From Octopus sinensis (lineage: Eukaryota), in NCBI RefSeq assembly GCF_006345805.1, contig NC_043004.1, positions 20,398,001 to 20,462,000 of the forward strand: 64,000 bases of DNA, given 5' to 3'. The stretch's first letter is position 1. Every line of letters begins with the position of its first letter. The notes under the pieces were generated by a model. It saw only the letters and a list, made by a program, of their open reading frames with translations, was not told the origin of the DNA and did not search any database. Of the stretch, positions 13,321 through 25,730 are shown piece by piece. The position numbers and the translations under genes were made by a program.

Positions 13321-13336
13321 GTGTGTGTATGTGTGT

Positions 13337-13389
<53 letters not shown>

Positions 13390-13407
13390 TGTGTGTGTGT
13401 GTGTATG
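13321..13407. repeat. (TG)n microsatellite
   Basis: Direct reading. Confidence 0.95.
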
Positions 13408-13529
13408 GATATATGATTGCATAGTCTATATCTATGTATTTTTAAATAAATGTGTTTATATGTGTAAGGCTTGGTTAACCTTCTTGGTTTTCTGCTCTTG
13501 CTTGATGGGGATGGGGCCATTCCAAATTA

Positions 13530-13800
13530 GTAGTTTCAGAAGCATCATCCTGTATAGAGCTGACCAGGTCCACCAGTGCTCTCCATCACTGGCAGTCCTG
13601 TGTCAGCCCTCTGCATCCTCCAAGGTGACATCAAGCCTGTGGAGATCTGTAATTATCTTCTGGTTTATCTAGAATCCAGAGGTGAGGATGCCATATAAAC
13701 CACACTGTTTCTCAATTGAAACTGACTTTCTGCATTATAAGTGTATTGAGTTCTACCAACTGGTTATTGGTCCTGCTATGGCTCAGCAGAATTATAAACT
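13530..13800 (-). mobile_element. RTE-type LINE C-terminal relic
   Basis: Degenerate DNITDLHRLDVTLEDAEGLTQDCQ*WRALV, resembling the RTE C-terminal ...AQDRxxWRxLV motif. Confidence 0.55.
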
Positions 13801-13875
13801 ATAGTTTCATCTCTGTTATTCTTCTGATAGGCTAGGTTGATCATACAACTTTCACCTGTGCATTTTCATATACAA

Positions 13876-14186
13876 CAGTGGTTCCCAAGCTTTTTCAGAT
13901 TGCTGCCCCCTTGACACCCAGGCCACATGCCTAGTGCCCCCACCCCAAATAATCGTCACAAACATAGACTCCTTTCTGAAGCAAAATCAAAGCAACTGTA
14001 TTTCACAGATAAAACTTAACCTAATGAACCCATTATTTTGTTGTTTTCACATGAATCACTACCCCTCTATCACCCCACTTTTTACATCAATCACTACTCC
14101 ATTATCGCCCCACTTTTCTTCAACGTCCCCTTGGAACTTTCCACTGCCCCCAGAGGTTGCAATACTGCCCTCTTTGGTAACCACTG
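13876..14186. mobile_element. hAT-family non-autonomous element (MITE), 311 bp
   Basis: TIRs CAGTGGTTCCCAA / TTGGTAACCACTG (12/13 match); perfect 8-bp TSD ATATACAA at 13868-13875 and 14187-14194. Confidence 0.95.
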
Positions 14187-14480
14187 ATATACAATAACAA
14201 GCACCAATCTAACTTATGTATATGTTGACGCATTGCACAAAAAAGCTTCTAATGAGCACCAACTCCTGAAACAGATGTAAAGAACTACCATCATTTTCCT
14301 GTCCATTACTTGCAAGATTACCAGTAGTGATCCTATGGATTCTACTTCCCCATCTAGGCTGAACCAACATGAAGGCCCACTCAAATTCTCCTTTATTTCA
14401 TCAACAACATTGCTGAATGAATTTTGTGGATTTGAATCTGTCTTTGAAAATAACATACAGCTTTCATTCTCTGGATGGAT

Positions 14481-14560
14481 TCTCCTGGTTGTTTGCTATA
14501 TTTATAAGTCTATGTACTCTTCTCCTGGTTGTTTGCTATATTTATAAGTCTATGTACTCT
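14481..14560. repeat. Perfect 40-bp tandem duplication
   Basis: TCTCCTGGTTGTTTGCTATATTTATAAGTCTATGTACTCT x2. Confidence 0.95.
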
Positions 14561-15229
14561 TTTCTGTATTCTGTTATAAATAATCTGATGCTTTGCAACT
14601 GCTTACTCATATTATATTCTTTCTTTCTGTCTGTCTGTCTGTCTGTCTGTCTGTGTCTATTGGCCTGCCTGCCTGCCTGCTTGCATGTCCATCTGGCTAT
14701 CTATTTGCGCAGAGTGTGTGTGCATGTGTGTGTATATGTATGAAAGTGCTCACATATAGATGATTTTTCTGATTTTACTTTCTTTCCTTACATTTTGTTC
14801 CTTTTCTTTTTCTCTTTCTATGTCTTTGACTCTTGCTATCATCTCCTCAACCACCATCTGTTTCTGGGTCTTTTTCCCATATATGTTTATTTATCTCTCC
14901 AATATACTTAAACATTAAGCATATCAGGTTATAAACAATTATAATGATGGTCATGTGAAATAATTGATTTCTGCAATTAATTATTTATATTTCTTTATTA
15001 CACATGATAGTTATAGTAGATTACTTTGTGAAAATTAATAGAATATTTCCAGCAAAGCAAGCTAATTAACCTCTTCCCTAGCACATACACACATGCACAC
15101 ACATATACATACATACATACAAACACATACACAAAGTACACTAATTAACTCACCTCCCACTGTACTAAAGATTAGCAATTTTCACATACTGATATAATTA
15201 AACTATATGAGATAATGAGGGAACCTCTA

Positions 15230-15420
15230 CATGGTCATTTAGACTGCTGGGCATTGCAGCCAAACCGTTTCAAAATCACCTCTTGCTTGCTTAGAAGAGA
15301 GAAAAAGACCCAGTGGACAATGTATTCCTAAATATACAAAAGATAGGAAGAAAATGGTTGTAATGCCTTTGAGCCTAAGTCAGTGCTACCAAGATTGGCA
15401 AAGGATTAAATAAGACCAGC
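15230..15420 (+). repeat. Unclassified dispersed repeat; related copies near 6905-7030, 22520-22640, 38350-38530 (+) and 55195-55320 (-)
   Basis: Shared motifs GCAGC.AAATC.CC.TCAAATC...GACACATTG.ATAATGT...GGTCAT.GCTGGAAT.CCTTTGA...GCTAAACA; heavily diverged. Confidence 0.5.
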
Positions 15421-15939
15421 AACCACTATTAAGACCTGTAATCAAGATCTGTTTTAGCAGTTGTAACATGTGTGAATGATATTATATCTAAGACTGCATA
15501 AGCACTCAGCTATATATTGTATTCTAAGTAATGTCAGGCCAAATGGTTAAGGTCCTGCATAGCATCTTCAGTAAGTGTTATTTCTATTGCCTTGGGTAGA
15601 CCTATACTTTGAATGAAATTAGTTAGATGTGGATTCTGTCAGAATCCATCAAATAGATACACCAGCAATCCAAAAGTCAAGCCTTATTATGTTGATTCCT
15701 GGGAATTACACAAAAGGTAATGTTTCTATGGAATACTCAGTCACTTACAGATTAATTCAATAAACTGAAAACTCATGGTTGGAAATTCTGACCAAGATCC
15801 ATTTTATGTCGGAAAAATATAGGTTGGTCATGGCTAGAATTCCTTTGATATAGGTTGGTTGTGGCATAGATTAGTACCATATTTCTGTATATTTTTTTCT
15901 ACTCGTCCATTAATTCAGCTTCTCTGCCTGCTATTTGTG

Positions 15940-16380
15940 GGAATGTCATGGGGACAGAGTTTTCAGGCACCTCTTCTATAGGGTCCCATCAGAATCGTCC
16001 ACCATTAGTATTTCTGGCTGGAGTCCTTAGCCTGACCAGATGAGATTATGGACATTTCTTGATCTACTCTTAGGGTGCCTGCTTGTTTGCTTGGCTTGAA
16101 GAATCTATCTTGCAATTTTTTCTTGTTGGCATTCTTATCACATGTCACTAGTACTAGAGCTGTGAGCTCTAAATTCAGAGAAGTATCAGTGTGACCTGGA
16201 GAGACTCCTTGATCTCTGAGCTTCACATCCTGTCCAGTAAATCCTTTGAAGGAGCTCCATTTTATCTGCTTGTATTCATAATTGTACTCTTTGTCAGCAC
16301 CAAACAGTCATGACCACAGGTGAGGATAAGCATCAAAACCGAATTGATAGTTCCTAATAGCACCAAAGACCTTTGTCTTT
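15940..16380 (-). mobile_element. RTE-clade LINE relic (Expander/Rex3-like C-terminus)
   Basis: SVLMLILTCGHD, IQADKMELLQRI, EIKESLQV..LL, HVIRMP; aligns in order with the RTE motifs ILTYGHE/IQAAEM.FLRRI/HVIRM. Confidence 0.7.
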
Positions 16381-17104
16381 GGTAAGTTTAGTCTATAATG
16401 TTAGTAGTTCAGCTAATTCATCAAACTTCTACAGAGACAATGTAAGTAAACTATCAAGCTGTGAATTATACCACAGCAAGCTTGGTCTGTAGCTAAATCA
16501 TTTATCAACTCACAAAGGTCAATTTCTAATGAATGAAGCTGAGAAGTAAATGAATTGCTAAGAAATAAATCACTTATTGATTCAATAAATCAATCTGTCA
16601 AGAAATAAATCAGTTCAACATCAGTCAACGGCAATATAGGTATCATGTGTAAGCAGTAGGAGTATTGTATGATTAACATGTGCTTTGCTAACTTGCAGAA
16701 TTGAATATATGTATTGTTTACTCTCACTGTATTCATCATTGGTACAATACACAATAATAACTTCAAAAGAGATTCTGAAATTGGTTTGAAGTAGTTTGTC
16801 CTTTTAACACAAACTTGCCTTAAACCATTTCTGATTTTCCAATAAAAGCCTGTCTGAAAATATTCTTATTTAAATTAAGCCTTCCAGTACAATATATTTA
16901 GAAGCACATCATTCAATGTGAGCTTCATTTTATAAGAAGATTGGGTGTAACTTGAAGGAGATTTACTATTTTCTGTTACTATTTCCTGGAAAGTCAATTG
17001 ACAACTATATTGAAGTTCCCTTGTTTTGCCTGCAGTTGTAGTGATTCTGCTAATCCAGCATCTGTCAATTTTTAATATTCCTTTAATCATTTCCCTATGA
17101 GCTC

Positions 17105-17961
17105 ATGGTCTGAAATTTTGGGGGAAAGGGCTAGTCAATCACATTGATCTCAGTACTTAATTTATCTATCACAAAAGGATAAAAGGCAAAGTCAAATCTC
17201 AGTGAAATTTAAATACTAAACATAAAGCCAGAAAAAATGCTGCTAAGCATTGTTTGGAATGCTAACAATTTTGCTAGTTTGTTGCAATTTGTAATATTGG
17301 TTTCAAACTTTGGTACAAGGCTAGCAGTTTCAGTGGTTGGGGTAAGTCGATTACATTGACCCCCACTGTTCAGCTGGTACTTATTTTATCAATCTGGAAA
17401 GGATGAAAGGCAAAGCGGAGACCTCAACAGAATTTGAACTCAAAATGTAAAGACAGATGAAATGCCACTAAACATCTTGTCCAGCATGCTAACAGTTCCA
17501 CCAGCTTACCATCTTATTTCTGATTTCAAATTTTGGCACAAGGCCAGCAATTTCAGGGAGGGAGATAAGTCTATTACATCAATCCTAATGCTCAACTGAT
17601 ACTTATTTTATCAACCCCAAAAGGAGGAAAGGTAAGCTGATTCCGGTGACATTTGAACTCAGAACATAAAAATGGAGAAAATGCAGCTAAGAATTTTTCC
17701 CAGGGCATCAATAATTCTACCAACTGACCACCTTACTTATTTATAATATTGATTTCAAATTTTGGCACAAGACCAGCAATTACAGAGGAAAGGGTGAGTC
17801 AATTATATCAACCCCAGGATTCAACTGGTACTTATTTTATCGACCCTGGAAAGATAAAAGGCAAAGACGACCTTAGCAGAATTTGAACTCAGAACATAAG
17901 ACAGACAAAATGCTGCTAAGCATTTTGCTTGGCATACCAATAAATCTGCCTGTTCACCACC
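17105..17961 (-). mobile_element. Four head-to-tail degenerate SINE-B copies
   Basis: Units of about 210-230 bp, each with GGCACAAGGCCAGCAATT...CTGGTACTTATTTTATC..CC..AAAGGATGAAAGG...GAATTTGAACTCA. Confidence 0.85.
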
Positions 17962-18086
17962 ATTATTTACTTATTTGTGATATTAAAATCAAAACGTTTT
18001 CAGCTATGAGAGCAAATTAGGAAGCCATAATGAATTAAATTTTTGTCAAAATTAGCATTTTAATCCTACTTCGGCCTAAGCATATT

Positions 18087-18486
18087 ACTCTTTACTCTTT
18101 TACTTGTTTCAGTCATTTGACTGCGGCCATGCTGGAGCACCGCCTTTAGTCGAGCAAATCGACCCCGGGACTTATTCTTTGTAAGCCCAGTACTTATTCT
18201 ATCGGTCTCTTTGCCAAACCGCTAAGTGACGAGGACGTAAACACACCAGCATCGGTTGTCAAGCAATGCTAGGGGGAGAAACACAAACACGCACACACAC
18301 ATATATATATATATACATACATACGACAGGCTTCTTTCAGTTTCCATCTACCAAATCCACTCACAAGGCATTGGTCGGCCCGGGGCTATAGCAGAAGACA
18401 CTTGCCCAAGATGCCACGCAGTGGGACTGAACCCGGAACCATGTGGTTGGTTAGCTAGCTACTTACCACACAGCCACTCCTGCGCC
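18087..18486 (-). mobile_element. SINE-A, full-length young copy
   Basis: Sense head GGCGCAGGAGTGGCTGTGTGGTAAG (A-box-like) and GGTTCAGTCCC (B-box-like); CORE-like TGGCATCTTGGGCAAGTGTCTT; internal microsatellite; tail GGTGCTCCAGCATGGCCGCAGTCAAATGACTGAAACAAG; CpGs retained. Confidence 0.92.
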
Positions 18487-18832
18487 TATATAGTTATGAT
18501 CATTGATTGTTTTCTTAGATGTATTATCTAAAAGAGAATTGAGTTAATGCAAATAAAATTCTTCTTTATATAACTGATTTTGTTTTGTTTTGTTTTTTTT
18601 TTCACTGAAAATATAATATTGCTTTAGTAAAATGAGTATCACCCACCAACGAAGCAACATTTCTGGTGAAAATATTTTCAGTTCCAATGATATATCATGT
18701 CTTCTCAGAACATTAATAATAGATATGTATTAACAGGTGTTGATGTTTGTCTGTCTTTGAAACAACATTAAATTATCTCAATAAATCTTTTCTAAAATTT
18801 GCTCACAACTCCCCAAAATCATCCTAGAATAA

Positions 18833-18943
18833 CATCATCATCATCATCATCATCGTTTAACGTCCGTTCTCCATGCCAGCATGGGTTGGACGGTTCGACC
18901 GGGGATCTGGGAAGCCAGAAGGCTGCACCAGGCTCCGGTCTTA
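18833..18943 (-). mobile_element. RTE-tail fragment, young
   Basis: (CAT)n CGTTTAACGTCCGTTCTCCATGCCAGCATGGGTTGGACGG. Confidence 0.85.
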
Positions 18944-19852
18944 ACACATGAAGAAAAACCCCTAGATTCAAAACCCCTTGGTGGTAAAATATTGAGGATT
19001 TAAGAAAAGATATCAAAAGACTAGTTGTTGCAATTGAGTGGTATTAGAATAAAAGTATTTGTGTGAAGTACAGAAACATTGTCAGTTCATGACATCAAAC
19101 CCTCTGCTTTTCCTTCTTCATTTTCTCATTAATTTCTTTTAATCTCTCTCCTTTTTTAACTCTCCTTGTCTCTCTTTATTTTATGCTTTCATTTTTTGTT
19201 ATTCACTCATTCTCATTTAATTGTATATATTTTAATTGTTTGTTTATTCATATGTTTCGTCTCATTTGATACCCTGACCCCAACGTTTGTTTTGTCCCCT
19301 CTTTTTCTCAACCTTATGGTGAATAAAGAAATACTCTTTCGCTCATCTCTTTTACATAACAGTTTTGGAATTTATATACTATAAATTCCTCACATATAAA
19401 TCACATTCAAAAAGTTAGCACACAGTTTCAAATATCTTGGAAGCTAGAAAACAATTTACTCTTTAATTGCTGTACATTTAACACCATTCATTTACAGTGT
19501 ATTAGTTACACTTTATCGTGGCACCAGTTGTAAAGAAGATAAAGTGAGTGAGTGCTTTCTAGCAAAATGTGAATAATTTTGAGAATGAATGAAGAATGTT
19601 GACACTAAATGGTTATTGGGGAGTATAGGCAGAGTGTATAGGGTATATGTAAATCTGAAGAGGTCCCTTATATATCTCAAGTTGTTCAAGAGAACTTAGG
19701 TAGTAAAAGTGAGAAAGGGAGAGGGTGGTATGTTAGTATGTGGATCAGATATTACTTGATGTAAAAGTGGGCATAATTTATTTTATTGTATGATATAAGT
19801 TATTCAAATTACACAAATTGATACGTTAAGTCTTTCTCTATAAAAAACAATA

Positions 19853-20330
19853 CTATTTGACATAGTCTCCTTCTCAGATAATGAATTTGTGTCATCACTG
19901 AACCAATTCACAAATCTCCATTGAAAAACATACAGGTGTGCAGTTATATCCATTTCACAGCCACTCTCATCTTGTCTGTGTCATCAAATCCTTGAGTCCA
20001 AAGACTGAAGTCACAGGCTGCTGAATCTGAGCTATTCAGTGTATGGGAGACCAGCCCAATTTGCCAATTGCTTGGTATTTTTTTAAAGATGTGTGTGGTC
20101 ATACATTGTCATGAACGTAGATCGTTTTCAAATTTTTCTTTAATCTCTTCCTCCTAATGGCTTTTCTAAGGTTTTTGAATGCCTCAATGCACTATTAATT
20201 GCCATGGTATGGGCTCAAATTTTAACATATTTCAGTGTATTACTACTCTCCATTGTCCCTTGTCATCTCCCCTATGAACTACAACAACTCCAGATTCCTT
20301 TCCACAATTTCATCCTAAGTCTTTCTTGAT
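19853..20330 (-). mobile_element. Ancient mariner transposase relic
   Basis: LRKAIRRKR...HDN, SHTLNSSDSAACDFSL (cf. PHPPYSPDLAPxDF), LVQ**HKFII*EGDYVK*. Confidence 0.65.
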
Positions 20331-20604
20331 CTCTCTTACCACAGGTCCCAGGTGTATAGCTATTCTTTATGCAAATATTCTAAAGTCTTGTATTAATAGT
20401 CATAACCAGAGAAAGTCACCCCTTCACACACACATACATGTACATATATATATATCATATATATATATATATATATATCATGTATATATATGGAGGGAGA
20501 GAGAGAGACGGACGAATGGATGGAAGGACAGAATGAGAGACAGACAGACGGACAAACAAACAGACTGACAGAGAGAGCATGTATTCTCTGAAATACAGCT
20601 TCAA

Positions 20605-21140
20605 GAATAAAAGAGTATAAGCAGTCTCTTAGCACAGCTTTCTTTGATTGCAAAATGTCTTTGATACTGTCAAGGTAAATGCAGTGTTGAAGTCTCTGGA
20701 TATGCAAGGAATTGAGGCACGATACATCAAATTCTCATGGACAAAAACTCATGATATACCACACAATATAACTCAGTAAGGGAATCAAACTAGAAGATAC
20801 CATCTGTCCAAAGCCCCTTACTACATGTCACAAAAAGGTCACCAGAACCATCGATTGGAAAGGTGGCACCAGCATCAACAATGAGTTAGTAACACACCTA
20901 TAATTTTCAGCTGATATTGTGCACATTGCAGAAACTTCAGAATCAGCTGCAGTCCATATGGACAGAGCTGGACACCCAGAGGTCAGTAGCAGACCTTAAA
21001 ATAAACCAGTTGGAAGACCTCCAAAAGGATTGGTAGATGACATAGTCAAAACATTTAGACCCAAATGAAAGAATTGTACAATCAAAGGAAGAATGGAACC
21101 ATATTTGACCATCAATGTTAAGAATGTCTGATAGTTTGGC
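20605..21140 (+). mobile_element. RTE LINE relic (RT core fused to C-terminus)
   Basis: EYKQSL..AFFD, FDTV..NAVLKSL..QGI, KGIK..DTI.PK, GISINNEL.THL.FS.DIV, PVGRPPKRLVDDIVKTF. Confidence 0.7.
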
Positions 21141-23200
21141 TGATAGAGAGTAGAGCGATCTATACATATGTGTGAGTGTATGTGTGTTTGTGTAAATATA
21201 ATTTGACTTACAAAAGAAATTACATAAAACTAACTATAAGTTTTGGTTTCATGTAATTAGAATTGTTTCAGCATATTTGGCACCACACGTGCAACTCTAG
21301 ATACCTTAGCTTAGTTGTAATTTTGAAATTTTGATATCACATTTGAAGTGTTAGAGCATTAGAAAAAAATATATTATGGAGTTTAGTCAGGGCACTCTAT
21401 GTCCTGAATCCAAAGCCAGCTGATGTCATTTTTGCTTGTCAAGCATTCTGGTGGTGAAAGAACAAAGTACCAGACTAGTAAATCTTCCAAATGTGCTTAT
21501 CTTATTGTACATAGATGTTAACAGAAAATTCTCATTGGACTTAGCTATTTATTGGAATTATATTATGTTTATAAATAAGAAGGGATTGCTTTATCTGAAA
21601 GTTGTAGTGACAACTGAGCAAATTCTAATGTTCTAGACTGCCATTTATTAAGTTTATTGTATAGTATTATTCTATGTAAAATAGTAGATGTCTTTCCTAT
21701 CTCTAACTGTTGAGTAAGAAACAAAAGTTTCAAGACTGAACAGTTTATTGATTTACCAGTAAACGAAAGACATTTCCTTCCTGACATTCATTTAGTTATA
21801 TTCTTATTGAATTGAAGTAAACTTATTTCTTGTCGAATTAAAAAGAAAACACATTAGTGTCTAGTTTAGATAACTAATAGTTTGTCTACTTGATCAATAA
21901 TATGGATACAGGTATAGTCAGGTGGTTAAAAAAAATTTCACTTTGTAACCAAGTAGTTTGAGAGTTCACTCTACTGTTGAGTACTTTGGTGAGCTTTTAA
22001 TTTTAAGACTGAAATTTTGAGGACAGAAACTGAGGGAAACTTTGCTTTTATTGTTTCATGGAAGGAAAATTTAATCCATAACTCATGGATTTTATTTATC
22101 ATCACTACCTGACATCTGCATAATTTTAATGGAGTCCACTTAATTGGAAGTATTAAAACCAAGTTACTTGTCTGCAGATCACTATGTTCCTCCTACCCAA
22201 CGTCATGACTGTTGCTCTTCCTCCCTAGAGAAAGTCATTAAAAAAACATTAAAAAAAGGCTAACAAAAAAAGAAAGGAAGAAAAAGTCTGAAACAAAGAT
22301 TTTCTGAAAGTAAATTAAAAGCTGGTGATGCTTTATCTATTGACCCCCGATTCTCAATATTTGATCCACATGAATGCAATTCCAAATAATGGAATTATTT
22401 GGTATTATTCATCAAATGCTGTTCAGGATGCTATCTCCCTCAATGTCCCGGTCAAGGTATATAACTTCAGTCTTAGTCCTTTGTTTAGAAATTTTGATAC
22501 AGAGCCAAAAACAGGAAATCTACATGGTCACTTGTCATGTTTGATATAGCAGCTAAATCTCCCTCAAATCGTGCCACTGAGACGGTAAAAAAAAGACACA
22601 TTGGATAATGTATTCTTAGATACACTGTGTATAAAAAGAAAAAGGATGAATTTTGTGACCCACTTTTTGCATACACTGTGTCAAAAAAGAAAAAACATAA
22701 ATGTTTGTGATAACGTTTTCTCAATCTCTTGGAGCTCAACTGCCACCACCACCACCACCACCTTACTACTGTTGCCTCCATATTATACTTTTATATATGT
22801 CTCATTAGCAAATGATTTAGATTTTTCTAATGAAGTGTTTATTGGTAGAAACCAATATTTTCCAAAATAATAATTTTCATTTATTGATTGTTGGTCAGTT
22901 GAGACTTCTTTGTAAATTCTGTTTACAAGAAATATTTAATTTGTCAGACACTCTAACCAAACTGTGGATTTTCTTTGTTCATTTTGGATGACAGAAAATT
23001 GAAATTGAAATTGTACATTTCAACGTACAAGTGATTCTTAAATGTATGGTTATAGAGTTTGTTTCATAACCCTGTGGCTTTAGGTTCCATCCCTCTGTAT
23101 GACATGATGAGCAAAAGTCTTCTACTTAAGCTAGTGCTAACCAATACCTTACGAATGAAATCGATAGTTAGAGACTATACATAAGCTTATTAAATGTGTG

Positions 23201-23231
<31 letters not shown>

Positions 23232-23233
23232 AT

Positions 23234-23378
23234 AAAAGTAATTTTAGAGACAGAACCACCTTCAACTCAATCAACACTGGAAGGTTTTATACCCAACCAC
23301 TCCATAAAATGTTAAAAATTTAAATCTTATATCTATTCTGAATCCTGTATTTTCCTTTCTGTTTCTAAAATTACTTTT
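23234..23378. mobile_element. Small 145-bp element with 22-bp terminal inverted repeats, TA-flanked
   Basis: AAAAGTAATTTTAGAGACAGAA / TTCTGTTTCTAAAATTACTTTT (21/22). Confidence 0.7.
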
Positions 23379-23519
23379 ATATATACGAATTAAACATTGA
23401 GGGATGTTCATTTTAGTACATCTAATTTGAATGTCTTTTCCCTGTGTACTCGGAAGTAATATTCCCTAATAATTATAATATATATAATATATATATATAT
23501 TATATATATATATATATAA

Positions 23520-23855
23520 TCCAAATAATAGGACAAAGAAATTTTTTAACACGTCTTTAATGATCAGTTACAATTGTTTCTGTACCAACTCTGTTTGTGA
23601 TACCAGTTTATGTAAAAAATTTAAGTGAAAATTCACGTAATACTTGCAGTTTTAGACATTAGAGTGGCACTTCATCAAACATGCAATGAAAGTGCACTCT
23701 CACATTGTGTGTCTTCCAGATGTCATTCTTTGCTTATTTCTTTGTTTTATTTTTGGTTTGCACCTGAAGAATTTCGGTATTAGTCTAAAATCCAACAGTG
23801 CTGATAGCCAAGAACTCAGGTTGAGTGGTTTATATCTACATTTACATCTGGTCAG

Positions 23856-23860
<5 letters not shown>
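23520..23860 (-). mobile_element. PLE-type repeat carrying an extended HHR-like motif, between (TA)n tracts
   Basis: Minus strand: TTGATGA-A-GTGCC...GGTAC-A-GAAAC-AATT-GTA (23678 to 23569). Confidence 0.5.
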
Positions 23861-23898
<38 letters not shown>

Positions 23899-23899
<1 letters not shown>

Positions 23900-25183
23900 G
23901 AGGGACGTTCAATAGTAATGCCTCTGACCCACTTGCAGTTATTTGATCTAGCTGCAATTTTGCATGTGCAATTATTGATATCTCTACAGATTAAGTGGCA
24001 AATTACAGCTCTGAGCTCATTGTGGTTTCTGATTTACAGGTGTTTGAACCGAGTCAAGTGTGAAATGGAGCCTGTTGAGTGTCGAGCAGTGATCCGGTTT
24101 TTGTATTTGAAAGGACGCACACCACAGGAGACTTTTGATGAAATGAAAGTAACTTATGGTGATGATGCCCCATCATATGACCTTGTAAAACGCTGGCATC
24201 GTGAATTCAAACATTGTCGGAACTCTGTGGAAACAGCTCCCAGATCTGGTCACCCCCCTTCTGCCATTGATGAGGCATCTGTCCGTCAAGTTGAGGCTGC
24301 CATTTTGGAAGATCGATGCATAATTATTCGCCAAATAGCCCATGAGGTCAAGATTAGTACCGGGTCTGTGGAAACTATCATTCATGACCATTTGCATATG
24401 CAAAAGGTGTCTGCCAGATGGATTCCCAGGTTGCTCACGCCTTTCCAGAAGCAAGAACGCGTCGACTTGCTCGAGGGTGAATTTGGAGATGTGCCAAGAA
24501 GAGGAGTCAAAATTTTTCAAAAGACTGATTACACAGGATGAAACCTGGGTCCATCACTATGATTCAGAGACCAAAGCCCAGTCAATGCAGTGGAAGCACC
24601 GTGACTCACCTCCTCCAAAGAAGGCAAGGGTGCAGCCCTCCGCTGGCAAGGTCATGCTCACAGTCTTCTGGGACCAGGACAGAGTAGTGATGACAGATTT
24701 CCTGGCAAAGGGTACCACAATTACAGGAGCCTATTATGCTTCACTTTTGAGGAAATTAAGGGAAGCTATCAAAATCAAGAGGCGGGGCAAGATCAGCAAA
24801 GGCATCCTCCTTCTGCAGGACAACGCTCCGGTCCACAACTCGCCAGATCAGAAGCACAGGCGTGCTGCTATGAACTCCTCCCCCATCTCCCTACTCTCCT
24901 GACCTTGCACCCTCTTATTTTCACCTCTTCCCAGCTATGAAGTTGTTTTTGAAAGGAAAGCATTTCACAGATGATGCAGCCTTGATTTCTAAAGTCACGT
25001 CGTGGTTGGAGGACCAAGCTGGGGTCTTCTACAAAAACGGTCTCCAGCGCTGCATCAAACAATGGGAGAAATGCGTAACTCTGGGTGGTTCCTATGTAGA
25101 AAAAGACTAATAACTGTGCCAAGTTTCGTTGCTCTACTGCTATGGGAAGTGGGTCAGGGGCATTACTTATTGAACACCACTCG
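23899..25183 (+). mobile_element. Full-length mariner (Tc1/mariner, DD34D type) DNA transposon, 1285 bp, inactivated
   Basis: Imperfect TIRs of about 36 bp: CGAGGGACGTTCAATA-GTAATGCCTCTGACCCACTT / CGAGTGGTGTTCAATAAGTAATGCCCCTGACCCACTT; TA on both sides, within a (TA)n tract. Confidence 0.96.
24065..25110 (+). pseudogene. Mariner transposase pseudogene
   Basis: MEPVECRAVIRFL...WIPRLL...ITQDETW...LQDNAP...YSPDLAPSYF...GSYVEKD*; +1 frameshift near 24467, frameshifting deletion near 24841; third catalytic Asp reads Tyr (TAT). Confidence 0.95.
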
Positions 25184-25274
25184 TATATATATATATATAT
25201 AAAGCTTTGTGAGGAGTGGATTTGGTAGACGGAAACTGAAAGAAGCCTGTCGTGTGTGTGTGTATGCATGTAAA

Positions 25275-25730
25275 AGTAAGATCCAAGGATCAAAGTGTAG
25301 GATGTTAGTAAGCTTCGAGCAGTCTATAGAAGGTATAAAAAGCAACTTTCAGGAACGATATTGGTTTATTAATGTAAATGGTTGTAAATTTTTCCCAAAG
25401 CAAATTTCAATAAGCTGAAAATCTTATTTTATAACTTACAGTTAGCAACAGGGGTTGCTGTGTATGTGAATAAAAATCCAAACTTAGGAAATGGAGTTGA
25501 TAAAATCCAAGCTGTCTATGTTTCATAGCTTGCAGAACCTCGGAAGTAGTAATTATCCAAATGAGGAGTAATCTGCTAGCTACCTGTCAGGCCAAAGTTA
25601 CCTTAATCAAAAGAAGTTTACCTTGTAAACTTCTGAAGTTTACCTTGTAAACTTCTTCTAGAATATAAACTTCTTTTGATTAAGGTATCATTGGCCCAAT
25701 GAGTAACCTGTATTTTATCTATTCCATTCC
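25275..25730. repeat. Unclassified palindrome-rich repeat, paralogue of 42900-43410
   Basis: GTAAGATC...GATCAA..TGTAGGA.GTTAG.AAGCTTC.AGCAGTC and AGTTAGCAAC....GTTGCT shared with 42900-43120; 31-bp inverted repeat at about 25590-25697. Confidence 0.65.

Noticed and set aside
14214-14456. Unique-looking 80-aa minus-strand ORF
   Set aside because: No recognisable motif and ambiguous splice signals; cannot be supported as coding
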